Of a stretch of DNA of 64,000 nt, positions 12,025 through 23,622 are shown piece after piece. The notes beneath the pieces are model-generated. The model did not search any database, was not told where the DNA came from, and was given only the letters and a program-made list of their open reading frames with translations. The translations under genes and the position numbers were made by a program. The first letter of the stretch is position 1. Every line of letters begins with the position of its first letter. Source of the stretch: Catajapyx aquilonaris (taxonomy: Eukaryota); the NCBI GenBank assembly GCA_000934665.2, contig KZ538202.1, positions 1 to 64,000 of the forward strand, read 5' to 3'.

Positions 12025-12345
12025 CCGGGGTAGTGCTTGACCTCATCTGAGGTATGCAGCACGGACCTTTATTTATTTCAAGTACATTTGAGCCTTTTTA
12101 CGTAGGGCCCAGCCCCATGGGCAGGGATGACAGGAGGGGATGTACAAGGTGCCGTGCAATGTCTTAATGTGGCCAATTTTAGTGAACTCCCCCGGGTGGT
12201 TTAGTCTGTGGAAATACCACCCGAGACGAAGCCAGAGGTGACCCTGAACTCTGCACGAGATGAAGGGGGTGTCCCCGGGTTGGGATCGAACCCAGGACCT
12301 TAACATCCGTGGGCGCATACGTTACCGCAGCACCACTCCGCCTCC
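11941..12345 (-). mobile_element. SINE family B, full length, with (ATT)n tail
   Basis: tRNA-like head, body, 3' stem-loop and ATT tail; TSD CCATAGTCAGATAAT at 11567-11581 and 12346-12360. Confidence 0.9.
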
Positions 12346-13165
12346 CCATAGTCAGATAATAAATAGCTCTTATAATGTTTAACACTGCTATGATGTTACC
12401 TGTCCAGCTTGTGGGAAGAACTGTGTGACGCAGGTCCCCTGACCACCTGTGGGCATGACTACGCTTGTTTCAGGCACGGAGTGAAGTCCATGTGGGAGTT
12501 TGACCGGAACAAGTATGGAGGCCACTTCTGCATCCTGCTGGGGAAGAACCCTCCTCGGGACATGAGATGAGGGAAAAGTGGAGGTAGACAGTAAGCCTTG
12601 ACCTTTAGAGGAATTGAGGGGAATCCAAAAAAACAGTGTAGATTATAGGGAATGGTTTGAAACTTGGCATCATAATAATAAGAATCTCTGAGACGCAGTG
12701 CGTGATCACCTGGTTGATTCGCCTTCCTTTCCACAGCTTTTGTGCATCATCGGTATGGGTTTTGGCTGGTACAGCATCCAGATCACCGGAGCCATCACAA
12801 TAGCTGCAGGCCCGGGGGCAATAGAATCGAGGTTTGGACCGAAGACACAGACCAGGAGGTGGCCATCTTCCACATTGGGTGAGTTCTCTTGAGGAAGTGG
12901 GTCCCTCATCACTCTTATGCTGTTTGCACCCTAATTTTTATAAAGTCTAAATAACATCCTCATTGTTGGTATTGCTCAAATGAAAATGGCAACAAAGGTC
13001 ATTCAGACCTGCTAAATATCAGAATGTAGGTGTATGTGACCTGCCACACTGCATTCTGAAAGATGAGTTTTTCATTAATGACAGTTATTCAGTTTTATTA
13101 TTATTATTTTTAATGTGCAGGATGATTCATAGTGATTCCAAATTACTGTATATGCTCAACTATAC

Positions 13166-13239
13166 AAGACTTGTGTAGAATAATGTTGTAACTTACATGT
13201 CTGGTCCTGTTAGTTACAATGTTATTCTACACAAGTCTT
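13166..13239 (+). other. Isolated 28-bp-stem hairpin
   Basis: AAGACTTGTGTAGAATAATGTTGTAACT / AGTTACAATGTTATTCTACACAAGTCTT; the two non-Watson-Crick positions are G-U pairs in plus-strand RNA. Confidence 0.7.
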
Positions 13240-13869
13240 CATTTGTTGAATTATTATGTTTGGGGAAGTAACTCACTGAACATGTTGCACTGAACTGGAT
13301 TCATGTCCATCTGAACATCATGGAATCAAGCTCTGCTACTACCGTCACAGAGAAATACTTCAGTTGGGGCAGCAGGTAGCCATGAAAAATCCTCCTTACC
13401 GGATTTGATTCGCAGCTGCAACTTGATTCCTTCAATCTGATTCGCAGCAAGAAAACGAATCGTTTCATCAGAGAAGAATTTTTCCCCGCAGGGTTTTGGT
13501 GTTGTTGTTGTTTTTTTTTGTCATCTGTGTATGTGTGGGAGTGTATTGGAGTGTGGTTGAATTTTGCTTGCTTGATGGTGAATGAGAATGTGTGTCGTTG
13601 TTGGCTGTATGAGAGTGGGTGTATTTGTTTGTGAGTGAGAATGTGTTTGATAATTATTAGAGTTTTGGTACCTTGATGCTAATGTGTATTATTTCACAAA
13701 TGTTATTGTATGTTATTTTGTGACATAAAAATCAATATTATTTCTCATCTGTGTGTTTCTATTGTGTCTTTCCCGTGACCCTGAAGCGCTATGCTGGCAA
13801 TAGCTTCATCTATTGGCAAGGTTTCCCGAGCTGGACAGATCTTTGGTGCAGTATTGTGTCATGATGACT

Positions 13870-14306
13870 ACCGAAGCAGTAGTGGTGGAGTGGATATGGT
13901 GTCCGACTGCTAATCGGGAGGTCCTGGGTTCGAGTCCTGGAGGCCGGCGATCCTGACCTTGGTTCTCTGGTTTTCCAAGGTCACCCCAGGAAAATTCCGG
14001 GATCGTACCGTAAAATAGGCCACAGCCGCTTCCTTCCTTTCCCTGCCCTGGAGGAGGTGCGGTGTCGGTGAGGGGGGTTTCCGGCCCACGCCTAGGGGGG
14101 TGTCTCAAGCTTGGCCCCACGAGGGGCTGCACATGGCCCCCACCACAAGACAACAGGACTGCACCACTGTACCTCCCTCTTTATCCCTTCCCTGTCCCCC
14201 TCACCAGAGAGACATGCGGAAGTAATTTCGCATAGAAAACGGAGGCCCCCCTACATTGACCACTAGGTCTCAAGGGGGTACCAAAATAAATAAATAAATA
14301 AATAAA
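13870..14306 (+). mobile_element. SINE family A, long variant with a different 3' half and (AAAT)n tail
   Basis: Family-A head and body; TSD TATTGTG(T/C)CATGATGACT at 13852-13869 and 14307-14324. Confidence 0.9.
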
Positions 14307-14444
14307 TATTGTGCCATGATGACTCACCATTCCACATTATCTAGTCTAAAACATTAATAAAAACTAGTCTTTCCTCTCTTCTTGTCTCCATCTCTGTCCC
14401 ACCTTCGTATCTTGCAACCTTATTACCATGAGGACTTGCTACTA

Positions 14445-15400
14445 TGAGAGCGAGTCAAAAAAAAATTTGGACTGATTTTTTATGTGATAAAGAGAGTTAG
14501 TTCATGACTTTTCATGAGTGACATCGTGTCCAGAATGGCTTGAAATATTAGATCACCAATTTTGTTCGAGTATTCTAAAATCCCAAGCAACAGTGACACC
14601 ACGCGGAAGTAGGCCTTGGTTTATATTCGCCTCCACTCTTCCAGGAGGTTGGCGGTGAGGGCCAATATTCAGTGTTGAGATTTTGCTTCAGTTTGAAGAA
14701 AACAGCCACAGAGGTGTATGACATGCTAAGATTGTGAACAGCAGATACTGGTCACCATGTGAGTCCACAAGACATTGAAACTCTTTACAAACCTCTACCC
14801 GCATTGCCTCTCCTACGCTATGGAGTAAACAACCTGAGGACCCATCGCGTTGGGTGCAAACGCATCATATGTGGAAATGGTCCGTGCAAAATTGCATGGG
14901 CACTACCATTGTAAATACCACATATTCTGGCAAGGCCATTGACGGATATGCGGCGTTCTTCCTGAACAATCACTGCATAGGTGGTGTTAATGAGGTCCTA
15001 TGTCAGATGAACTCTCATGAGAGTCTGCAGACCTGTCTTTGAAAGCTTATTACTGACTTGCTGAATGCCTTGTACCATCGGAATGCTGTGGAACTCTTCT
15101 TCACCATACACCTCTCTGAGCATGCCATATGCCTCCGTCGCTGTTGTCTTCAAATGGAAGAAATACCTCAACACTGAATGTTGGTCCTCACTGCCACCTC
15201 CTGGCAAAGCAGAGGCGAATGCAAACCTAGGCTTATACTTTCAGTGTCACTGTCCCTTGGCATTTTGGAATATTCAAACAAAAATTGGTGATCTAATACT
15301 TTAAGCCATTCTGGACATGATGCCACTCATGAGAAGTCATGAACCAATTCTCTTTATCACATAAAAAATCAGTCCCAATTTGTTTTGACTCGCCCTCTCA
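14445..15400. mobile_element. Non-autonomous mariner derivative with ~290-bp inverted arms, both containing the transposase 5' end
   Basis: Ends TGAGAGCGAGTCAAAA / TTTTGACTCGCCCTCTCA; QYSVLRFCFSLKKTATEVYDML (+) and QHSVLRYFFHLKTTATEAYGMLREVYGEE (-) resemble the first HTH of mariner transposase. Confidence 0.85.
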
Positions 15401-15502
15401 TGCACCAGTATAACAACACATACAGAGAGTCGTATACAGCATGGAGTCTGGCCATTCAAGAGGAAACTACATCTGGGCTATTTTGAGTTTTTTAAATCTC
15501 TA

Positions 15503-15776
15503 AGGACCGATTGTATGAACAAGAGTTGTTTTACCGAGCTCGGTAAAACAACATGAGAACTGTGTATTTGGACCTATATTTTTGTACCAGCACTGTAGTA
15601 TTCTATGTATTGTTATTCTGATGTTGCGGTGTGTCCCTCCGTGCGAGAATGAGGCAGGGAGGTAAATAAATGAATTGAATTGAATTGTATGAACAAGAGT
15701 TAAGGTTAAGTACAGTGTAAATAAGGGCTATAAACTCTGTAGTTGATCTTCACTCTTGTTCATACAACTGGGCCCT
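15503..15776. mobile_element. Harbinger-like MITE interrupted by a 5'-truncated retroelement tail
   Basis: TIRs GGACCGATTGTATGAACAAGAGT / ACTCTTGTTCATACAACTGGGCCC; TTGTATGAACAAGAGTT is duplicated around an insert ending in (GAATT)n. Confidence 0.65.
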
Positions 15777-16796
15777 AATTTGAATTTTTTCTGCTCGATT
15801 TCTTGGTAAAATCCATTTAGTCATATATATTTATAATGGGCCAAGTAACCAGAATTTTCTGTATTAACTAAGGCCTGGTTGCACTAGCACATCATTGCGT
15901 CAGAAAATCCTGGTTCACACAAAATGACAAATTCTCGGTTGAACAAGTGTGCCCAGCACTCCAGCAGAGTAAAGCGAGCATTGTGGATTTTTGGAAGCTG
16001 CCAGTCAGGGTTGGCTGGTTTAAACCATCATGGTTTTTTATGCAAAGTAATCCCAATGTTAGGGCCTACTGCTAAAATTTACTTATTTACGTTACTGTTG
16101 TTCCTTTGTTACTGACACTACAGAGATGAAAAAAAATGGTCCTAAAATAATATTTTTATCCAGTTGCATGTTTGTGAATACACGTGAAAAACTCTACAAT
16201 TTTATTTACATTTATTAGATTAGTATAAATATTTTTCACTAAGGTAAGCTAAGTAAAGTATTCTTGAAGGGAAATTATTATATAGGTATGAAATCGCCCT
16301 TTTAATTTTCTTACTGGAGATTTTTAAGCAAAATGGGGTAAAATGTGAATTTTATCCCACGAGTTACCCATTTAATCCCCACCCCTGGGATAAAATGTGT
16401 ATAAAACATGAGTGCAATATTTTTGTTACGTGACAATGTTTAATTTTTCATAAAATATGAAAAAGTAAGGCATTCTTCTTTCAATAAGGGAATTAGTACA
16501 TTGTATAAAGTAAAAAATTATAATAATGAGGATACACATGTATTATGTTAGGCTCAAATCCTGAAATGGCCCAATTCACCTAATGGCTGTTTTCAGGATT
16601 TGAGCCTAACAAATTGAAATTGAACAACAAATCCAAAAAAATTAGTTTTTATACCCATTTTACCTGATTTGCCTGATAATTATAATTTTGAGCACGATAC
16701 ATTTTCTTAATCAAAAGAATAACTTATTATTTACCTCACTATGAGTTGAGAATGCATATGTAGATGATAAGAAGTCATAACCCATTTTTTTTCCAG

Positions 16797-16967
16797 CCCT
16801 GCTGCCAGTGCATGATGCTGTGACTATGTGAGGCACCAAATATGAATCTGTCACATTTCATCAAGCACAGCAGCATCATGTCTACAGCTTCTGTTGGGTG
16901 CAGCGACAGTGCAAGCCAGAAGATGGACTTCCACAGCCTGAGGTTGCGGCCCAAGGAGCATCATTAG
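16797..16967 (+). pseudogene. Possible degenerate terminal exon of the eIF4E-like pseudogene
   Basis: Strong T-rich CCAG acceptor; one frame gives ...MML*LCEAPNMNLSHFIKHSSIMST..., weakly like the eIF4E C-terminus (L..P....Y..H). Joining needs a frameshift. Confidence 0.35.
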
Positions 16968-19855
16968 GTCACATGAAGGGTAGCTGGGTAGTGTAATGTT
17001 ACAGTTGATCCCGCCAAAATGATGAAAATTTTCGAATTATTCAGTAGAAACAAAATAATGGACCTTTCTTTATTATTAAAAAAATATACAAACAAAAAAT
17101 GAAAACAACAATAGGCCTATCGCAAGTGCAGGAATTAAGTGTTCAGAATTAACACACACGCTGCATGAGCGACTCATTCCAACACCACCGAGGACCTGGC
17201 CCAGGACCTGGCCCAGGACCCGGGCTTTCCTCCGAGTAACTCTTCCTCCTCTCACCTACCATGGGACCATGATATTCACATGTAAGCACGGACGAGCTGT
17301 AACTAAACATTGCAAAATTCACAATCCACTGTTATATAGTGTCAATTTAGCAAACAATGAGATTTCAAAAAATTGCATTGCGCCTATCATTGCCGTCAAG
17401 TAAATATTTCCAATCACCTGCAGTTAAATGAAATAACTTAGCTTAAAAATTGTAAATTCACAATAACCTGAATGCTGTACCTCAGTTTCAGCTACCTTTT
17501 TTATAATCCTAGCTCACATTTTTCCCTTCGATTAAGAAGCCTACCTTTTGCACTAAAAGGTATTATCCACAAAGCAAAATAGGTGTCCTACAGATTACCT
17601 ATCTTTTGTAGCAGTATTATCGGAAAAAAATAACTCCTGTTTTATACGAAATTACTATTGTCCTGTGCTACATGTAGGAACAGGATGAATGATAAAAGCA
17701 TCAGCATTTAAAAAAATAATTTCTTCAAGGGGCTAGGCAACTTTTTATTCCAGTCAATGTGGAAACCAGGTTTTCACAGAAGTCACATAATGTCCAACAT
17801 TGCAAGCACCTTACTTTAGGTAATCTAAAGAAAACTTTGACCTATTGATCTGTCTTGCTGCTTTACATCAAAGCCTGTTGAGGATCCAACAGCAGACTGA
17901 CCAACATATTCGGCTGATTTAAAACATGGTTCCACAGGCACAAAATAGAAATGAGGTTACATCACCAATACAAGACACGAAGTTAAACATGAGAGGCTGG
18001 TGAAAATGAGGTTAAACGGGATATATATAATTATATACCGCTATTTACACCAACAAAAAAAAAGTACAATAACTACCACCATCTGTCCTTTAATTATGCA
18101 CAACTATTATGCTTGGGTTGCCTCATCTTTTGAAGGGGAACAAGAAGCAGATGATAGAGCATAGTGTCACACTAATTGAATGCATTATTCATGTGTCAGT
18201 TTTTTTTCTTCTAGCCATTCACTCTAGAAAATCTACTTCCTAAGAACGTCCACAGAAGCCAAAAAGTTTTCTTTGGAGGAAGCAATGATTCTTCAAAACA
18301 GCCCACTGGGATTAAGTATTTTCCACACGTGCATTCCATGCATATTTACTCACCAGTGCATGTGAGTAGTGTGGGGGGGGATTAGTGGGATGGGTGGTTG
18401 GATTAGCAGATCAATAGATCAACAATGAATTAATACTGTACTGTTTGGTCGCAGGGAAGGGAACGCAAATCGAAATTAAGGAGGAAAAAATATATACGTA
18501 TATGGGCTTATGCTGGAAACATATCAGTCAAAGGACAGAATTTGAAGGAATGAACCCAAAATTTGGGCATTAGGTTAGAGTTAGGAGGGGGAGGGTATTA
18601 TGCTATGAATATTACAATGAAATGTTGTAAATAAAATAATAAAAAACAGGCCCTATACTCAAGGGCCCTTTTGGGAAAAATGATTCCATGAGCAACTCTC
18701 AGCAAATCGTATTTAACTAAAATATGGCATTTAATTACAACATGTGCAGAAACTGGGAAACACGACAGAGGAGATAATGAAGCATCGGTCATGTAAAGTG
18801 ACATCTAATCATGCATAGGATGTGATTCAACATTATCACCACTGTAAGGATTTCACTATCAATTATTGATTACAATAATTTCGTATTATTTTGCCATTCA
18901 GGTAAAGCCTGACCAGACGTTATGTTTGCCCAACTGCTAGGATTAACATGAATGGCAAAGTTGGGGGAGGGGCACATATGAATTATATATACAATAACTC
19001 CCTAAAGCAGCCTAAGAAGGCAAATCAATAATGTCTCTTGGCGCCCAAACAATCACTTCATTGCCATATTATTTTTGCCAACTCGTCTTCCCATCACAAA
19101 CACACATGGAGGCATAAAACGACCCTTTTAACTACCCTTTAAAACTAATTATTTTTTTCTCATGATCATGGTCACATCCTCACCATTACCAGTTATTAAT
19201 AAACATTTTTATTTGCTATAATGACATGGATCAAGTTCAAAGGAGATGTGGTAAGGGGAAAGAAGTCCCTTGTGTATTGGTCCTCCAACGGTCATGGGGA
19301 GGGTTTCAAAAAACCACTTTTGCAAAGACAGAGTGGTGCAGTCTGCAAAATTTCGACCCCTAAAATGCTGCAAAGTCCAAAAATAAAATGGAAATAGCAC
19401 GCTCTCCCCCTCCCCTTAACCACCACTCAAATTTTCCTTAAAACTTCCCAATAAACCATTTTTATTCATGACTAGTTGCTCACTTTGGGAGGAGGGCATA
19501 ACCTATCTTACTATGGGAATGAGGAAAGTAGCATCTAGTGACACATCTACTTTTTAATTTGTGCATTAACTTTACTCAGCGATTCATAAATTGTAAACAA
19601 TGTATAACCAAAGTAAAGTGCAGCCAGATAAACATGCTGCTTTCATCTAGCAATTAAACAATGTACACATTTCCTCATCTAATCCCAGATTTTCCCCTTC
19701 TTATTACACAACCAAGTCAGGGACTTTGGTGAGATATGGGGATACAGCATTGTGCCTATAAGTTTAGCAAGATAAAGAGATACTGTGGGTGAGGGTCACA
19801 TTATTGGAGAATTGTATAGTTTATTATAGGTACCAAGAATGAGAGCTGACAAGCC

Positions 19856-20012
19856 TCAGAGTGCATTTCCCATGGGCATAAGCCTGCAGAAGCGTAGGAC
19901 GGTCGTGAAGAGTAGTGACCACAATTGCCTGGCTGCCTCTGAGCGGAACATTAGTGCCCGCCAAAACACCAACAGCATGACAAACTGGGTGAAGCGGTGT
20001 ATGAGGTACATC
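19856..20012 (-). CDS. FAR: Fatty acyl-CoA reductase A, coding exon 5 (terminal, hydrophobic tail)
   Basis: (K)MYLIHRFTQFVMLLVFWRALMFRSEAARQLWSLLFTTVLRFCRLMPMGNAL*; CTCTCCAG acceptor; phase matches exon 4. Confidence 0.88.
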
Positions 20013-20842
20013 CTGGAGAGACAGAGAGGCAAAACTCAGTTAGGGGTGAAAAGGACAAAGAAAATTACTGGTTTTACTCAATGAAGAGATCTGTCCAGAT
20101 TTCCAATGACTTTTCCAAGGAAAAGAAGTATATAAAACTTTCTCCAAGATCAATGATATGGTTAGCACTGGTAAGTTGAGAAATTTACATTTTCAAAGTT
20201 TGATGCAGAGTTTTAGACAGGCTTGCTGAATCAAACTATCCAGGAGAATATGAACGTGCTGGCCGAGGGCTCAACATATCTGTCGATGCAGATTGAACCA
20301 AATGAAGCAACTGTCGTTGACTATCGGAAATCAGATCACCAGCTTTACACTGAACTTGTTAAGAGATGAGGCAGTAGGTGGGAGCTGAGTTATATGCTTG
20401 GATCCAAAATAATAATTATAATGTAAATTTTGATATTTTCAGCTGCCACCCTCAAGGGGTCTACGCAAGGGCATTTTCAGAGTCATGGTCTTAGGGATTC
20501 GCTAATTGGTGCTGGCCCCTTCATCCTGTAGCACGGCCAGGACCAATTGGCAGATCCTTAAGACTGAGACTGAAGACTTCTGCTAAAACAGCCTGTGTAG
20601 ATCGCTGGACTGCACTCTAATATGCCTAAACTACTTCCCCTCTTTACAATGCCCTCTGGGGATCACATTGTAATGTGAAAGTCCCTCATGAATTTACTAG
20701 CGTGGCAAAGCAATTGTTTTCTCGGTCACCTGTAAGAAACTTGACAGGCTCAAAATTTTCCCCATCAGGGTCCAAAATAGTTTCAAGTTGTAAGAGCCTA
20801 TAGAACACATTACATCAAAGAAAGGGAGAAGAAGCAACTCAC

Positions 20843-21100
20843 TTTTTGAGATGTCTCCTGGCAGCTGGGAGAGTGGTTATATCTTCCTTGAGCACATATT
20901 TCCTCATGCCCATGCAGTAGTGGCCAATATATGATGGCCATTCAAGTTGCCGGATGTCAAAGTGGAAGGTCCGTTGATCATTTTCACTTAGTGAGTCCCA
21001 CAGGGAGAGGACGTTGTCATTTGTGAATTTCCACTCACGGGTTGTGAAGTACTCCAAGGACAAAACTGCCTTGTCCAGTTTGTTGTATATCTTCACCATT
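20843..21100 (-). CDS. FAR: Fatty acyl-CoA reductase A, coding exon 4 (Sterile/FAR-C domain)
   Basis: MVKIYNKLDKAVLSLEYFTTREWKFTNDNV...FHFDIRQLEWPSYIGHYCMGMRKYVLKED; canonical splice sites, 258 nt. Confidence 0.95.
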
Positions 21101-21432
21101 CTGTACAGGAAATAGTAGTTTTTGGAACTGAAGCAAGTCACATATGTTTAATATGAACAAGTTTCCAGTAAGCATTTCATTTTATAAGGTGCCAAAACTT
21201 GCAGAGAAAACAAGTTATCTTTTCTGCATAAAAAATTTCATGCTGCATATTTAGAATAAACCTATAAATCACACTATTCATCATGACAAGATATGGGACA
21301 TGAAGAAAGCCTATCATCCTTGATATGCACATTTAGAGGGTATGTTTTAAAGTTCAGTTACATATCCTGTGTAATTTGCAACTCCCTGGTGTAGGCACAC
21401 CTTTGATAAACACACTCCAACTCACAACTCAC

Positions 21433-21672
21433 ATGGGCTTCTTTCCAGTAAGTTTTGCGACTGCATCCAGGACATGCGCCGGGAAGCAGTGCAACAACAC
21501 CTTGAGAAAATTGTTCCAGGTTCGGTTGTGCTTGAAGCTGCCACCGGGGTACCAAAATACATCATTTAATGGGTTCTTCAGTAGGCTTTCGTGTCCCCAG
21601 TACTCCAAATCACCCCATGTGAACGGATTCAGTGCACCGGAGGTGCAGTTGTAAACCGTTAAACTGTTAGGC
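21433..21672 (-). CDS. FAR: Fatty acyl-CoA reductase A, coding exon 3
   Basis: PNSLTVYNCTSGALNPFTWG...WYP...HCFPAHVLD; 240 nt, canonical splice sites. Confidence 0.95.
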
Positions 21673-22288
21673 CTAATCAAGAGAAACAAAGGGTATTAAC
21701 ATTTTTCAAGGAGTTACAATATACACTATTACTACTACACTGTACAACCAATTCCAGCCTTTTCATGTTTCCTGAGTGAGATGCTTGTGAGAGACTTACA
21801 CTGAATTCATAGCACTGCATCCACAAAATTACTTTCTCCATTTTTTGCATTAGTGTGATTAATTACTCATATAAATATTTATTTTCTATATGACTCTAGA
21901 CTGCAATGATACCTTTTCAATCCTACCTCAATGCTTACAGCAGTGGCACTGATTTAAATGTTATTCTGCTGAATACCATATTGCAAGCAAGATTGAATCA
22001 TCTGCCCAACTGCATGATGACTATTCTTCACAGCAAAAAAAAAAAAAAAAGTTGCACATGATAGACAAATTTTAACGTTTCAAATCTAGTTTGCAAATAC
22101 ACTATCAGGTGTTTCTTGCCCAGAAGCTGAACCATGTTGTACAGTGTTATTATGAATGAGCAACTAAAAGAAATTCATGCCAATAACAATTATTCACAAT
22201 TTTTGTAAAGGCTATGATAATAAAACAATTTAAGATAAGCTAAAGAGCAAATATAATATAATCATACAAGGTCCTTTATCAGATTTAA

Positions 22289-22938
22289 CCCTACGACGGT
22301 GACATACGAAAAGTTCCTCCTCTGGTGACGTGGGCACTTTTTGTGAGCACTTCACATTTTCAGTTATAACATGGGATACGTAGCACTTTTGGGCTTTTTC
22401 TTTAGAGACAATATATGGCTTGATTCTTTCTGCGATAAATGGCATTTAGTTTGCATTTTTTGAGCAAACAGTACAATCAGTAAAAAATTAATTGTGCACC
22501 AATGCGTAGTTGAGGCAAAATTGTGCCCGCGGCACTGATGCCAGACTGGTTTCCATTTGAGAGCCCTCGAGAATTTCGGGGGTTGCTCCCCTCATTTCTG
22601 AAGTTGCGGGAAGGCTGGCTACATTTTACAATAGCGTGGGTTTTCCACGTGTTCATGAATCACTACCTATACGCTCAGGTCCCCCTCAGTAAGCCAGCTG
22701 TGAGTCATTCTTGGAATGCAGTCGTGGCCCTCTTGGCCCCAACTATACGAATCGGTGCATAATTGATTTTTTCCTGGTCGTGCAATTTGCTCAAAAAATT
22801 TAAACTAAACGACATTAATTGCGGAAGGAATCAAACGACGATGTACTCAAATGTGAAGCTCATAGGTGCTATCTTTTCAATCTTATAGCAAAACTAGTGG
22901 CCTTGGTTACAAAAAGTGCCCATGTCACCATCCAAGGG
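22289..22938. mobile_element. piggyBac-like MITE in a FAR-A intron
   Basis: TTAA-CCCTACGACGGTGACAT...ATGTCACCATCCAAGGG-TTAA, with further internal inverted similarity. Confidence 0.75.
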
Positions 22939-22983
22939 TTAAGAGTTGTACATAATTATTGGGTGTGCATATTTTTAAACAGT

Positions 22984-23324
22984 TAAATAAATCCGGGTAG
23001 TGCTGGGACCCCTCTTGGGGTATTGCACGGACCTTCATTTACTAACTTGTACAACGTACACAATTGGAACCTTTGACGAAGCGCCCGGGCCCACGGGCAG
23101 GATGACAGGAGGGGATGTGCAAGGTGCAGTGCAACGTCTTAAACGTGGCCATTTTTAGTGAACTCCCTCGGGTGGTTTAGTCTGTTGGAAATACCACCCG
23201 AGACGAAGTCAGAGGTGACCCTGAACTCTGCACGAGATGAAGGGGGTGTCCCCGGGCTGGGATCGAACCTGGGACCTTAACATCTGTGGGCGCATACATT
23301 TCCGCAGCACCACTCCACCTCCCC
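22984..23324 (-). mobile_element. SINE family B, full length
   Basis: Head, body and 3' stem-loop as in the 12 kb copy; TATTTTTAAACAG on both flanks. Confidence 0.9.
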
Positions 23325-23429
23325 TTATTTTTAAACAGCTTGCTCCTAGACAAGTCCTTTTAATGCCTATTAAGTTACCTCATCCTCTACAGTCTACATG
23401 GAAAGATGGTCATTATAACAATCACACAC

Positions 23430-23622
23430 CTTGCTGTTGCAGTGTGCCATGCTACAGTTATCATGAGGTTAATAGGGACGTCCACAGGCACAAAGTCGGC
23501 TATCTTTGACCGATGGCACAGCAGGGTACGCAGAACCCCCTTCCCACAGGCTATGGTCAGCCCAGTGGGTCCATTGACATTGTCCACCCAGCCAGGTATT
23601 GGTTCCTTCCATGATGCTGTCA
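23430..23622 (-). CDS. FAR: Fatty acyl-CoA reductase A, coding exon 2
   Basis: [21 protein letters not shown]...[18 protein letters not shown]; 193 nt. Confidence 0.95.

Larger units (their letters stand above)
11095..12878 (+). pseudogene. Divergent eIF4E-family (cap-binding translation initiation factor) spliced pseudogene; exons 11095-11455, 12408-12590, 12737-12878
   Basis: Repaired translation: ...KPLLSSWWSVWV...QSLPAFLR|LWEELCDAGPLTTCGHDYACFRHGVKSMWEFDRNKYGGHFCILL...RDMREKWR*T|LLCIIGMGFGWYSIQITGAITSCRPGGNRIEVWTEDTDQEVAIFHIG|. This is colinear with eIF4E motifs (WxxW, DYxxFxxGIxPMWED..N..GGxW, W..TLLCLIG, GAVVNVR..GDKIAIWT, HIG). All splice sites are canonical AG/GT. Lesions: ATGAG duplication 12562-12571, TAG 12585-12587, 2-nt insertion near 12800. 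Confidence 0.85.

Noticed and set aside
12560..12590. In-frame TGA/TAG in the eIF4E-like exon as selenocysteine, readthrough or programmed frameshift
   Set aside because: Homology continues in a different frame after an exact ATGAG duplication, and two more independent lesions follow; mutation or assembly error is simpler.
17060..19855. A defined long 3' UTR and poly(A) site for FAR-A
   Set aside because: Several minus-strand AATAAA hexamers (~19820, 19460, 19208, 17070) are present and I cannot choose among them without transcript data.
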